64,000 nucleotides of DNA. Source: Callorhinchus milii. Its lineage: Eukaryota. The stretch covers positions 9,920,001 to 9,984,000 of the forward strand of contig NW_024704751.1 of assembly GCF_018977255.1 (NCBI RefSeq). Direction: 5' to 3'. Positions within the stretch are counted from its first letter, which is position 1; each line of letters opens with the position of its first letter. The notes under the pieces are model-generated. The model was not told where the DNA came from and made no database searches. It was given only the letters and a program-made list of their open reading frames with translations. Of the stretch, positions 20,626 through 34,430 are shown piece by piece. Position numbers and translations under genes: made by a program.

Positions 20626-23219
20626 TAATATATTTAGATACATAAGCACATTAAGTGGGTTAACTAGTTCATCCGTAATAGTGCAGACATCACTCAGATA
20701 CTCCATTGACCTTGGGCAATGATTGCTAGTCTCAGGAAGCAGTGGTGCAGTCAAGCAGATGGAGAAGAAACAAGGTCAATAGAGGCACAGAGCATCAGAG
20801 AGGGCACAAGCTGTGAGTTTAGGGGATGCAGCCAATGGGAAAGTGAAAACAGAGTGAGAGACACGAACTGGTCTACCTTGGATCAACTGTGACTGTTTAT
20901 CTCTTTTATTGTTATCACAACTCTAATAATCCTCACATCTGACAAAGCACTTTCATCTCAGGATACTTTGGAGGATTTCCTGTAAAGTGTCCGCCACACC
21001 ACTGGGGTGTGAGTTTTCAGGTATCCTGCTGCTGCTCTCTGGAACTCCACCTCGATGTTCCTCCCTTTAAAGCCCGCCTTAAGATCCTATATTTTCAACC
21101 GTACTTTGGTCATCTTACCCCTCCCCAAAGCCAGCTATGTGAAGCGCTTTAAGCCTAATGTTAAAGGCCTAATGTTTTGTAAATGTAAATTGTTGTAGTG
21201 ACTGTGTATCTTGTAGGCGCACTTTCTGAACAGTAAATTTGTAAACTGTTGGACTGATACCGAATTGTGTCCTCTACGATGGGTTTCAGTTTCTGATTAG
21301 ACACAAGGCCAGAACCATCTTGTATTATGCCAATAAAACTTCCAAATCCCTTTCAATATCACAATTAATCTCTGGATAGATAACATATCGAGTGCCTGAG
21401 TGTGTGCATGTCTTATTGATACCCCTACCTACATTAGCAAATAACCTTTTAAAAATAAAGAGAGGGAGAAAGTGGCAATGCATATGAGTTGTTCATGTTC
21501 CCAATAAAGGTTCTGATAAAATCCAACTGTGCCAAGCTTCTTGACAACACTGAAAATGCAATAGCAATATGTGTGCAAATACTTCCTCTTATAAGCAGTT
21601 AATTTCTAACAGGGTGAAGGATTCTTCCAGTGTAATGTGATTTAGCTTCTCAGAGAAAATGTTTAGATAGGACCATATGCCAAGTGGTAAAAGCCAGCCA
21701 AATAAGCTGGAATTGAAGCTGGGGCCTGCCAGTAAGTAACTGTCGTACACTGTTGAGAGCTTTTTACACATGATATGAACTTGAAAACAGAATAAATTAG
21801 ATTTTTTTCTGGAAGGATAGTGAAGGAGGGATAGAGAACTAGTGAGGTGGGAGCGAATGACAATAATTTACATTTTTATAGAATCTTTCATGTTAGGCAG
21901 AGCTCTTCACACAGATGATAGGCCTCCAGCCAAGCCCTGAAGACAGGGAGGAAGGGGGCAGAGCGGACGGGCTTTGGGATGGAGTTCCAGAGAGCAGGGG
22001 CAGAATGGCTAAAATTAGCCCACTGATGGGGTGGGGACATGAAGCAGGCCGGTGTCTGCCAAGCTCAGGGAACAGTAAGGTTGCAGGAACTTGCAGACGT
22101 TCGGGAGAAACAGTGAGAGAGGCAGAAAGATCTCAGGACATTACTGCTGGCTGCTTGGTTCTCGCCAGTTACAATCTGCTTTAAAAGTAGCTGACCCCAT
22201 TCCTCTTGTCCAACTGTTTCGGTTATCCCCACTGACCCAAACCACATTCAGCCGTGGCATCAAAGGAGATATGCAAGATCCTAAATGTGATAGAGAAAGT
22301 AATCCCAGAGCGATACTTTCAGACACAACAAGGCACAGGCTTATGGTCAAGGTCACGTTCAGTATTTCATTACATAGAGGGAAACCAACAGCCTGGCCAT
22401 GTTAATTGGAAGGATGGTTGAGATCAGGACACTGGACTCAGTTCAGGAACAGCCTTGTGTTGTGACAGGAATACAGATGAGATCAAATGGCTCAAAACGT
22501 CTTCTTGATCCAAACCTCTCAGGATCTTGTGACAATGCAATTTGCCCCAGCCTGACATTAGTGACCCAGTGAATAACTTCAGCTGTAGTTTTCTGCACCA
22601 CTCCCCTTCCTCTCCTGCCCTCATCGGCCACTGTATCAGGAGTTAAAGGAAAGAGCACATGCTGTGCTTAAAACTCGAACTCTCACAGGATCGCCAACCT
22701 GTTCGTTCACTCTATTTCATCCAATTTCATGAATGCCACTTGAACTAATTGCCATGCGTGGCATGGCACTGATGGGAATTTAAATTTACCCGCGTTCCCA
22801 CTGATTCGCCTTGGGTCAGGATTAATAGATCTTGTCAGGAAAAGGATCAGGCTGAGTTAACACAGCGTTGGAATGCAAATATCTTTACAGCCAGCCTGTG
22901 GCTGGGAGATATCAGTGGAAGGTGAGTGCTCACAACATAGGCTGGATTTCTGGTCTATCGCAGTACAATGGAGTGCAATTACTTTTTCCCAGTAGCCGGG
23001 GGAAATGGAGAGAGCAAGAGACAACTGAGGCTGGAGGTGCGAATGAAAACATGTGGAACTGTCAAAGGGGAGAGGATATGGAGACCCAGTCACTCAGCAC
23101 ACTCCCGCTAATGAATTAATTCCAATGGATGCCGGACAATAGATTTTCATGTCATCAACACCAATTACACAGTGTCGCCAGGTTTAATAGTCTTCTATAA
23201 ATCTCTAGTTCCATTCCTT

Positions 23220-23485
23220 GCCAAAACACTTACTTATAAAATAATCCTTGCATCTGATATAGCGTCTTTCATATCGGGAGCACACCGCAAAGTACTTCAC
23301 ACGATTTGCTGCAAGTGTCAATAAGTGTAGTGACTGTATTTTGTAGGAGAAAGGAACGCGGCAGCCAATATGCGCACAGCAAAGTCCCACAAACTGTCAG
23401 CAACAAAGCGAATGACCAATTTTATCTGAGGGATTGATTCTTGGTCAGAACGCCAGAAGATACTCCCTTATCTTTTCAAATAGCA
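23220..23485 (-). mobile_element. Older SINE (Deu-type) 3' half
   Basis: Tail AATAATCCTTGCATCTGATATAGCG and body AACGCGGCAGCCAATATGCGCACAGCAAAGTCCCACAAAC. Confidence 0.7.
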
Positions 23486-25817
23486 GTCGAAATCAACCAC
23501 CCTTTCTCATAATGTTTTTCCACCAGCTCACTACCATCTGTGCAAAGAAATATTTCCTGCTCTTTTAGTATATCTGAAAGTATTGCTCTCAGTTTACTTT
23601 CTCAATCCCATTTACTATGTAATATACCTCCAGAAGGTTTCCTCGGAGATGTATTAACTGCGACTAGTTTCTAAGGAATGGTCTGTTTGAGAGCACCCCT
23701 TGTCTTTCAATCAGAGCATGGATCTAAATTGGCTGCAGAAGATTTGGAATTTAGGAATAAATATATCCAATTTGAATTAGATTTTGTTTTCCAAACATGG
23801 ACTTATTAATTGAGATTGGAATTCGGATTGGATTGCCACCAAAGATCTATGTATTGTCAGACTCAGATCTCCCACAAGATGCAATTACAATGTGGTTTGA
23901 TTGATGGAGTTGTCCTGAACTTTACTCCTCGATGCAGAATGCATACAGATATTTTTTCATTGAATTCATGAAAATTTCAATACAAAGAAAACAGGACAGG
24001 AAGAAAGAACTGGAACTTGATGGGGGGGGAGGGGGGAGAGAGGACAAGGCTGGAACAGTCATTTTCCTCATCAGATTCCTCATTCTTTTCTCAACTGTTT
24101 CCTCTTTGGGACACTTTCCTCCCAACGTGAAAGGCGCTATATAAGTGTAAACTGTATTGTGCATACAGCACCTTTCACTGTTGAGGATGATGACCAAAAG
24201 CATGGCCCAAGGCTAGGTACACAGTGACATGATGTTCTGGATCCACAATACTCTGCGCAGAGTGTCAGATCAGAGCGAGATGGTGAGCCTCAGCCATCTC
24301 CCAAATGTGAGAGTGTCAAGTCGAGAGCAAAACAGGCTGACGAGATGAATGACCAATTCCCTAGTGCACAGGTACCATTTGTTGTAAGAAAAAAAGAATA
24401 TTAGTTTTGAAACTAAGATAAAGGATATAAGGTTCCAGTTGCGTTGGGAGGAGTTGGAGGCAGAGAAGAAAGGCAGAGCAAAGGAGTCAGCAACCACTGC
24501 CAGCTTGTGTTAGCAGGAGCTCACAGTTAACTTTACACATCCCTTGTCTGAACTCATTTTATGAATGGGTCAAATGACAGACTGTTCAGCCAAAGAGAGA
24601 ACTGACAATTTAACTTCAGTAAATAACTGCCCGTGACAATCATCCAGGAAGATGATCTTTTAGAAAAGAAATTGGTCTCTTTGGAATTTTACACCGTTTT
24701 CAGGGAGTTTGAACATCACTGGGCTCTGCCAAACACACCCACTCACAGACAAATGGGCCCCATTCACTCCTTGCCAGCTCTTTAACAGAGAAAACAGGAG
24801 ATGCCATTCCCCCTCCCCGATCACCTTGACAACAGCTTGACACTATACTCTACCCAACGTGAGGCCACTGTGAGTCTTTGTTTCCCAGGCCTGACATATT
24901 CCATAAAGTTTTGTGAATTTATGTTTACTGGACAGGGAAGAAAGTTGATTCATTACTGTCAACACACATTAAAATTTCCCAGCATCGGATTGTGCAATAA
25001 GTACCTGTACAGGATGGACATTGCTGAAACTGAATGAAATAATAATAAAGAAACAATTGGCCATCGTCTCATTGCGCCTGTTTCTGTGTAATTTGCTGTG
25101 TGTTGCAAATTATTTTGCCTCAATAATGCTTCCCCTTTAAGGTCTTGTATCAGCAACACTGCGTGATGGAAAGGGCTTTATAGAAATGAGATCCTGGAGG
25201 CTAATGGCCCTGAACTTCACATTGACAGCAAGCTCCTTCACTCAGTAAGCTGTGTGAGCCACGAGCAGCAGTGACAAGTCCTTCACTGTTCAGGACCCTG
25301 AAGGATTTGAAAGCTGAGAAGTTAGCATTATTGCTCCTGGGACCTGAACTAGACACAGGTCCTCAGGACCTGCACCAGGAGACACAGTTTCCAGTATTGT
25401 AAACCCAAGAGACCGAAGTCTGAGGTTTGCATTGGGTCCCAGTTGAGGATTGTGTTGACTGTTCCCTACTTTGGATGTTTGCTTCTTGAGACACAACCTA
25501 GTATTTGATTGGCAAACATTTCACATTGACTGGAATGCTTCAGTACATAAAAGATGACCAGAGGCATGGTCAAAAAGGAGGGTCTTGAGAAGGACCTTGA
25601 AGATGAGAGAAGGGGCGAGGCGAAGGGACTCCGGGCTGGAATGGTGGCAAAATGCCTGACCTCAAATGGTACGGAGGGCGGGCAATGTGAAGCAGGCCTA
25701 TGTCTGCCGAGCAGAGGGAGCGGTGGGTAGGTAGGATTGTTGGGATAGGTAAGAATGAAACCAGGAAAGGACAGAATCATGAAGACAGAGATGAGAGGAA
25801 AGGTGGTGGAGAACGAT

Positions 25818-25962
25818 ATTGGTTTAACGTCTCATCCAACAAATGGCATCTTCAACAACGTGACATTCCCACAGTATTAGACTTTGTGGGTTCAAAGATC
25901 CAACATGGGACTTGATGCCATAACCTTCCGATTCAGAGGCAAAGGTGCTACCAACTAAGCCG
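25818..25962 (-). mobile_element. Deu-domain SINE 5' fragment
   Basis: TTGGTTTAACGTCTCATCC...CATAACCTTCCGATTCAGAGGCAAAGGTGCTACCAACTAAGCC. Confidence 0.65.
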
Positions 25963-26532
25963 TATTGGCACCGTATCTATATAGAACATTTTGGTGGAAC
26001 ACAGAGTGGGGTGGAAGAGACAAGTCCAAGACAAGGTGTTTTTTGTGGGGTCTGTGGAAGGAATGGGCTTTCAGGGCTGAGTGACCACTTGTTACTCGGT
26101 GTTTTCTTACGTTCTTAGAACATGTTGTGCTGGAGAGGAAGCAAAGTCTAAACAAATATTCAAAATTCTGCCCTGGCCGCAATTTATTTTATTACATTCC
26201 TTTTACGATATGGCGATAAGATGTTATTCAAAATAAACATTTCTGAGAAAGTCATAATATTTTACTAGATGTGGTACGGGATTGACTTTATTGCATTAGC
26301 TGAGAATGATCACATTGGTCCTGAACTAAGAGGCTGAATGAAATGTCATGCATAAACATTAACATTACCTTTATAGCTTTAGCATTTAGCTTGGCAGACA
26401 GTGATTTGAATGTGAATTTTTTTCCTCAGTCCACTTCACTGACTGTTTGACTCAAAAGTCTAGAGCATGTGCCAATGATTATATATATTATATAATATAT
26501 ATATTATATTATATGTGTGCAACCAGAGGAAT

Positions 26533-26650
26533 TATAATAATAATAATCCTTGCATTTGATATAGCGCCTTATCACGTCTTCTAGACGTCTCAAAGTACTT
26601 CACAGAATATAGTGTAAAGTGAATTGACGGTATATTTTGTGGGTGAAATT
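26533..26650 (-). mobile_element. SINE 3' tail fragment
   Basis: Near-consensus tail ATAATCCTTGCATTTGATATAGCGCCTTATCACGTCTTCTAGACGTCTCAAAG. Confidence 0.85.
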
Positions 26651-27327
26651 GTTTAGTTGAAGCTATTTTGGGAAAGCATAGCTTTTGAGAAAATCATACA
26701 CATTTGAGATATCCTCAAAATTCTGTCAATCACTGACTGACCTTTATGACCGATTAAGGGTAGTACAACAGATATGAAATGAAGACTAATAGGATAAAAT
26801 ACGACTGAATTTCATTTTATATGGTTACTTTATTAAGTAATATTTTTGTGCATAGTGTGGCAGAAATGGCTTCAGGATCCACCAGTTCCCAAATGTAGCT
26901 GGGAATTGATCCAAGTCGGTGTCTGTTAGCGTGTACACGAAACCTAATATGCTCAATCACATTCATCTACATGCAGAAGTATTGTCACTGTCACTTGGAG
27001 TAAAGTAAACTGATTACCTCTTAACCTACACCTCAGAGGACTGGATGAGGACTGGATAGCTTACAGCACTATGTAGGTTCCATGTTAATTCCAGTTATGT
27101 ACTACTATTCTCCTAAGGCTATCATAGGGGTCAATGTAATACAACAATAAACTCAGTTCAGAACCACAATAACATTAGCTGGATTCAACCTGGTCATGAC
27201 ATAGAGCAGCTCCAGAATTACAATACAGCCTTTAGCCGGGTTTAACTTGTGTAACATAAATCAGGACCACAGTAGAAAAGGTCAGTTTCGGAACAGCCAT
27301 AGCAACAGCTGGAGTTTATGTTATAAT

Positions 27328-27800
27328 TGTGGAGTCCTGTAGGTTAGTGGTTAGAGCACTCGCCTCGCAAGTGAGAGGACTGGTCCTGGGTTCAATTCCC
27401 GGGCCGGGCGAAACGTTAGGCAAGTTTCCTTACTCCACACGCCTCTATTTACCCAGCAGTAAGTAGGAACTCTTTATACTCTTTATCTTAAATAATGTAC
27501 AAAAATACGGTATGTGTCAGAAAGCAGAAATGGGTTGCTCTTATCAGGAATGTAGTCCAGTTTCTGTGAATGGGGATAAATTCAGGCAAAGGTCAAAGTC
27601 CTTTTTAATGGGAAAAATATAAAGGAGACATTACTGCACATGCAAGTGAGTTTCACATCAAATAGTTAGCAAAAACATGACTTGTGGTGAATTTGCCCAC
27701 AAAATATACAGTCAATTCACTTTACAGTATATTCTGTGAAGCGCTTTGAGACGTCTCGAAGACGTGAGATCAAATGCAAGAATTATTATTATTAATACTA
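27328..27800 (+). mobile_element. tRNA-derived SINE head (27328-27470) and tail (27690-27800) separated by ~220 bp of unrelated sequence
   Basis: Both halves match the family; the middle of the body is replaced. Confidence 0.75.
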
Positions 27801-28333
27801 TTATGATTATTGTTATAGTTCTCTTCCTTCAATTAGATGGAGCCCTAAACCCTCAAACCTTTCTGTACTTTAATGCCAATCATCCGAGTATCACTGATCG
27901 ACAACCAGAGATATGCTGCTACAAACACAATGGTTTTAATTGAATAAATTTTCCATCGATATACATCTGCCAATTTTACTAGTGTTGTAGCAAAATTGGA
28001 ACACGAGTTCTGATTTCGTTAGTATTCCCTGAGGCAGCCCAGAAAGCTGTGTTTCAGGCCTCGGCTTTCCTAAGGGAATCCAGCACTGATGGCACCGAGG
28101 ACTTTTCAGCCAGCTTTGAGTGCAAGCATTAATCAGATGTCACCTGGGGTGTATTTCGAACACATTTTTAATCTCATTCCTTAAATATAAGATTGTGTTT
28201 AGGAATATCGCAAGTTTCGGATTGGTTGATCTAACGAGCAGCTGATTCACTCACCATAGCCAAACCATGAGAGGTAGTAACAAACACAATGATAAGCTAC
28301 ACTGTTCAAACCAATTGAATTTGAGGACCTACT

Positions 28334-28660
28334 GAGAGGACCTGGGTTCGATTCCCGGGCAGGGTGAAACCTTAGGCGAGTTTCCTTACTCCACATGTCT
28401 CTGTTTACCGAGTGGTAAGTAGGAACCCGGTTGTTAGGCGACTGGCAGATCACATTTGGAGGTAATAATTCTTCTTTCAAAAAACTGCAGTCACGCAATC
28501 CACGACTGTTTGTGGGACGCTGCTGTGTGCAATTGGCTGCCGCGTTTCACCCACAAAATACACAGCAAATTCACTTTACAGCGAATCCTATGAAGCGCTT
28601 TGAGACGTCTCAAAGATATGATAAGGCGCTGTATCAAATGCAAGGATTATTATTATTATT
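28334..28660 (+). mobile_element. tRNA-derived SINE truncated before box B
   Basis: GAGAGGACCTGGGTTCGATTCCCGGGCAGGG, body and (ATT)n tail. Confidence 0.9.
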
Positions 28661-29789
28661 TACTTTATTTAAAGCTCATTTGGGCAGCCATGGTGATGTG
28701 AGTGAGCTGGCTGTCAGACTTTGACAATGAGGGTGAGTGCAATCGGCTAGCGTAGAAGGGAAGCTGATTCATTGCCTGACATGCTCGGAAAATAGCACAA
28801 ATGATTAGTGGAGAGCACTCATGCTCAGTGCTAGCCTGGGGGCTAACATTTCCAACACACTCCATTAGACCACTAAATGCACTTTGTCTCTCCCTGAAAA
28901 CAACACCTCCCAGTGGCAAATTATCACCCACGCCATCTCATCCCTGCACCAAAAGGCATACGAAATGTCTCGCTTGCTTTTAAAGCCTCCGGAAAACCTA
29001 CCGCCTTGAATGTACAATAGCCGCAGTGGGAGCTTTACAGCGTTAACAATGTAAATGTAACCAAGGAATATTCAACTGGGCCTGGAAATTGTACAGTAAA
29101 TTATTTTCAAAAGGATGAACATGACACATATAGGTGCATAGTATTCGGTGTCGAGGTTCAAAGGACTATGGTAAAAGGGTGTGACATCAGGATTGAAAGA
29201 TCTGCCAAGATCTAATTCACTGGTGGAACAGTGGATCAATGGCTCGAAGGCCTCTTCCTGTTTTCTGATGTTTCTAAAAAATAATGCACCAAGCCAAAAG
29301 ACGATCGTGTACTTATACAGTGCTTTTGACGCATGATGAAAGTCTCAAAATGCTTTATAAAGACTCAGGATACCTGAGCAAAGAGGAAGGCAATTTTAAG
29401 AGTGTTGAGCAAAGGCACAGTCCAAAAGGTATGTTTTTAAATGAAGTTTGAACTTGGGGACGTGAGTCAAAGGGATTTGGTGAGAAAGAGAGAGACCACG
29501 CAGACATAGAGCAAGATTAATGAGAGTCAAAGAGTCTGGGGTTATTCAGAATACAATGAGATGTCACGATGGGAGAGTTAATGTACCGGAGGGATGGGTT
29601 CGGTAGCTGAATGACCTTTCTCAACGCTGCCATTTCTTACTTTCACTAAATATTAACTGGCATCAGTCAGCAGAGCGAATGTACAGGCTTCGCTTAACTC
29701 ATGGTTAGCCAAGGCAAAGAGCGGAATAGAGAAGGCAGTAGGAATCCCAGCTGCCAGACTTTTCATTCTATAACTGAATAGTCAAATGT

Positions 29790-30175
29790 TTTACCCTCCA
29801 CGGCCTTGCTCCTCCCTACCTCTGTGACCTGCTGACTCCATATTAATCTGTCCGCTCCCTCCGCTCAGTGGGCTCTGGCCTGCTCCATCTTCTTCGCCCA
29901 ACCATCAGCGGTTGGGCCTTCAGCCTCTCTGGCCCCACTGTTTGGAACTCCATCCCACAGTCCCTTCACCTCGCTCCCTCCATTGCTTCCTTCAAGGCCC
30001 ATCTCAAGACCCTTCTCTTCGAGCACACTTTCAATCACCCTCCTACCCCCACCCTCCCTGCCCTCCACCTCTTCTGATTCCAACCCACGGTTTGGGTCCA
30101 AATCCCTGACTGTCCAGCACCTCAGGACGTCCTCCCGACGTGAAAGGCGCCGTGTAAATGACATTTTGCTGTTGT
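29790..30175 (+). mobile_element. L2 LINE 3' end (ORF2 C-terminus, 3' UTR, stem-loop tail)
   Basis: LHGLAPPYL...RSLRS...WAFSLSGPTVWNSIPQSLHLAPSIASFKAHLKTLLF; tail GGACGTCCTCCCGACGTGAAAGGCGC. Confidence 0.88.
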
Positions 30176-30877
30176 TTACACATGTAGATCCCAGTTTCAG
30201 CACAGAGCGTGGGAGTGTTCCAAACTGTACTGGGTGTGAGGGTGGTGATATTGCACATCCCACTAGTTTCATTTCAAACCCGTTAGTAAATAAAATGCAC
30301 TGCATAATTTAAAATGTCGTAGCCATTTAGTTACTCACAGAAATTAAATTACATGATTGTTTTAGGCCCTATCTCATTTTGTTCTTTATATTTAATTCCA
30401 TCTGCGGCAGACACCGCTAAATGGCAACCACTCAACAAGGCTTCTCAGATTCACTTTAACTTAATTTAATTTAAAATACTGGAAACAACTTGCTCCATTT
30501 GCATTTTTGTTTAATAAAGGGGTGCTGTGTTTTCAGGGACATCATCAAAAAAACAGACAAGCGTTGTACACAATTAAATCAACTCGACTCAGCAAGCGAC
30601 ACTGCAATGTATCTGTCTCTCCTTTATGCCTTTGTTCATTTGATTTGCAAAGCCATGAAAAAAAAGCTTTGTCAGACATTTTCTCCATGAAATTTGGTGC
30701 CCCTTGAAATGTCAGAAAGCAAGTTGGCCGTGAGCCAGGTTTTCATCCCACCATTGAGCTGGAGAGCGAGATGGTAATTAATCAGGTTGATTGTATTTGC
30801 AATTGATGTACCGGTCAACTTATTAAACGGGAGTTACAAGCAGGGCCACACAAAACAGTTCTGACACCGTCTTTGCT

Positions 30878-31195
30878 TAGGAACAGGAGGAGGCCATTCA
30901 GCCCCTCAAGCCTGTTCCGATATTCTATAAGATCATGGCTGATCTGTACCTCAATCGCCCTTGCCCCATATCCCTTGATCCCCTGACATAACAAATACCT
31001 GTCTTGAAAAATTTTAATGGATCCAGCATCCACATCCTTTTTGGGGAGAGAATTCCATATTTCCACTACGTTTTGGGTGAAAAACTGCCTCCTGATGTCA
31101 CTCCTAAATACCCTCGCTCTAATTTTAAGATTATGCACCTTGTCCTGGATTCCCCCACCAGAGGAAATAGTTTCTCTGTAGCTCCCCTATCAAAT
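30878..31195 (-). mobile_element. CR1 LINE 3' end
   Basis: ORF 30815..31138 HNLKIRARVFRSDIRRQFFTQNVVEIWNSLP is the typical CR1 ORF2 C-terminus; tail GGAACAGGAGGAGGCCATTCAGCCCCTC. Confidence 0.88.
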
Positions 31196-32285
31196 TGGTT
31201 TTCGCGCTTCCAAAAAGCCAACGTGTACCGTGATTATACGTTGGAAAAAATCATTCAAGTTCCAATTTCTAATAAATGCCAAATTTAGGTCCGTTGCATT
31301 GACCACAGCTACCATTCCATTCCCCCCGCAAATCCTGCAAACTCGTCATAAGAATTTGGTGTGTACATTTAAGCTCATGATACTTTTATACTCTCCAAAT
31401 TACTCCACACCTTAATGTATACATGTGACGTATCTTGTGAAATTTCTCCCAGATATTTTCCGCTTCCTTTTCTCAATGTCTCTCATACTACTGGTTGAGC
31501 TATCACACACTCTTCATAACAGCTGAACTAACAGTTTTCCACTTTTCCTGCTTTCTTGGTTCGATCTGATGTAATATATTCTAGATTTGTCTTATCTGTA
31601 CAATTTAATATTTTAGACCCCTCGATCAAATCTCTCGTAGAACGCCTTCTCACTTAATGTTAGAGATTAAACTTCCCTTGTCTTCCTTCATAGTTCATAG
31701 TATTCAACACAGCGTTCCATCATTGTTATATCTATCCCTTCAATACTGTTCCTAACCAGATATTTATACCATTCTTATTCAAAAGTATCACTCAATATAG
31801 CATTAATTGTTTTAGGTGGGAGTTCAATCTACATGTACACTTTTCTGCAGGAAGAAAAATCCTTCTAATCTCAGGTCTTGCTAGAAGATTCTTAATTTTA
31901 CACTCCCGCTTTTGCACACACACTGCAAAATAATAAGCAGCTCACATCTCACTGCTCTGAATGCCAAGTGAGAACAGAAATAGCTCTCAGCTGCCCTGTC
32001 CTTGTTAAGTAGACAGAAGAAAAGAATTCTTGCCATTTTTAAAGGGCGTCAGTCTTTGGTGTGGGGCCCTTTGGGTACTGGCTGGGCTCAAGTCGATATC
32101 ACTCTCCGCTGTTGGTCAGAAGGTCAGAAGAACCTCACAGGTAATTGTTGTCAAGTGCAGATAGTATTTATAGGTAAAAGCGGCAGGCAATTTGCCTGTT
32201 CAAGGTCCTGCAAACAGCCATGAGGTGAATGAACAATTAATCTGGAAGACCGTTAGCCTGGACAATACTTTCCGAATAGAGTCTT

Positions 32286-32585
32286 AATAATAATAATAAT
32301 AATAATAATAATCATGCTTACATTTGATACAGGGCCTTATCACATCTTCGAGATGTCTCACAGCGCTTCACAGGATACACTGTAGAGTGAATTAACTATT
32401 TTGTGGGCGAAACATCATGGAATCTTTCATGTTAACCTGAACTAGACTCGACCTCTAATTAAAGTCTTGTGTGACACAGCGCTACAGCATCATACCGGAA
32501 TGTCTGAACCTGCTGCACTCGCCCAGTGTCACAGCTGAGACCATGGGACCAAGTCCTTGTGACTTGGAGGCGAGAGTGCCACAAA
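32286..32585 (-). mobile_element. SINE tail with (AAT)n plus a Deu-SINE remnant
   Basis: (AAT)n at 32286-32312, tail match, then CATGGAATCTTTCATG...GACCTCTAATTAAAGTCT. Confidence 0.65.
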
Positions 32586-33427
32586 ATACAGCAAACTCCT
32601 GATAACTCAACCCTGACTTAACTTGTCACGACTACTTAAGTCTTTTAAGACGTTTCGCCCACAAAATATACAATCAATTCATTTTACAGAATATTCTGAT
32701 ATGTGCTTTGAGATATCTCGACAGCGTGATACTGTGCTGCATCAAATGCAAGGATAATTATTAACATTTATTTATGTATTTATACACACGCCTAACCTGC
32801 CATTCTAGCTGCCTTATCACTGGGAGCCTTTATCCCAAGGTGTATTAGGAGTTTTTTGTGTTAAAAAATTGTTAAACTTGGTTTAATTATTAATTTAATT
32901 GTCATTATCATTTTTAACATTTAATTCAATTAAATATTTAAAATAATAATAATTTTCATTCACACAGGCATACAGTGATACATAAATATATAGACTTGAC
33001 GATCAGACCAGGGATATAGACATATATACAGATTGCAATAAAATGCTCTGAAGCCTCTTGATTTGAGAAGGCACTATGAAAATGAAAGTTCGCTTTGAGT
33101 CCTGTTAAAGTGGTCCTGAGGTGTGAGTCCACACGAACTATCTACTCGATACTGGGTTTTTGAATAGTTCAAATTCTCTTTAATATTATTAGTAGCAATC
33201 TTTGTAATCATTGAAAATAATTGCCTTACTAGGCAACTGGTTGATTTTGCCAAAATGTGCACAGTATAAAACTATACAGCTCCAAGCTCATTACTTGGCA
33301 GTCAGTTTTCATCAATCATTTCCCGGGCATAGCAAAAGGAGATCATCGTTATGAGTAAAGATAAAGATCATATCTAATGATAGGTGGAGTCTCTATATAA
33401 CTCAGACAACCTGTGGATCTCGAACAG

Positions 33428-33620
33428 AATACACAGTCAATTCACTTTACAGTATATTCTGTGAAGCTCTTTGAAACATCCAGCGCCTTGGGACGTCCTC
33501 CTGATGTGAAAGGCGCTATACAAATATAATGTTGTTGTTGTCTAAATGTTGTGACACTTCGCTATATCAAATGCAACGATTATTATTATTGTTATTGTTA
33601 TTGTTATTATTATTATTATT
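33428..33620 (+). mobile_element. SINE tail containing a nested L2 tail
   Basis: L2 tail CAGCGCCTTGGGACGTCCTCCTGATGTGAAAGGCGCTATACAAATATAATGTTGTTGTTG (33481-33540) sits inside the SINE stem-loop. Confidence 0.8.
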
Positions 33621-34290
33621 AACCTACAGACTTTAAACACGCAGCACTGGCACCATCCAACCAATATTTCTTTAATTAGCAAACCGAAGTTAAGACAAAG
33701 TCTGCAGGTTTATTTGAAAGATAATTGGATGGATTCAGGAAGAGGCATAACGTTAAATGGCAAGGGGAACAAGCAGGTGAGTAGGCTCTCGCGGAGAATA
33801 TGAACAGCACAGACTTGATGGGCCAAATGGACTGTTTCTGTGCTGTAAAATTTTATGCTGAGCAGAGCTCACTAACAGGACCCAGCACTCCCTGACTGAA
33901 GTCAGATAATTAATCCTAATCCACAGATTGATCCTGGGACCTGCTTGGACATCCACTGTGTGGCTCAGTGGCTTTGCCAACAGGGGGAGCTGAACTTTAC
34001 ATTTTTTGTGAAGTTGAAAAGGGCAGCTTTTCTGAACTACAATTCATGAGTAGTTTCTAAGCCCGAAACCCATAATTTGTAATTATTATAGTTCCCACTG
34101 GATACAGAATGCCACTTTTTATCTTTGACATTTCGATCAATGACATAGAAAAGGTCTTTTAAATTGCAGCAGATTATTTTCTGAGTGTACCTCAGCCTCT
34201 CGTTCCAGTAAGAAGAGGCTTTATCTCTGATGAGATGTGTGTAGGCCTCTTTTGGTTCTGCAGTTTCGTGCTACGAGTCAAGGTGGACAA

Positions 34291-34430
34291 GGTGGAGTCC
34301 TGTAGCTTAGTGGTTACAGCACTCGCCTTGCAAGCGAGATGACCTGGGTGAGATTCCAGGGCAGGGCGAAACTTTGGGCAAGTTACCTTACTCCACACAC
34401 GAGCCTCCGTTTACCTAACAGTAAGTAGGA
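34291..34430 (+). mobile_element. tRNA-derived SINE head (3'-truncated)
   Basis: GTGGAGTCCTGTAGCTTAGTGGTTACAGCACTCGCC...CAGTAAGTAGGA. Confidence 0.85.
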
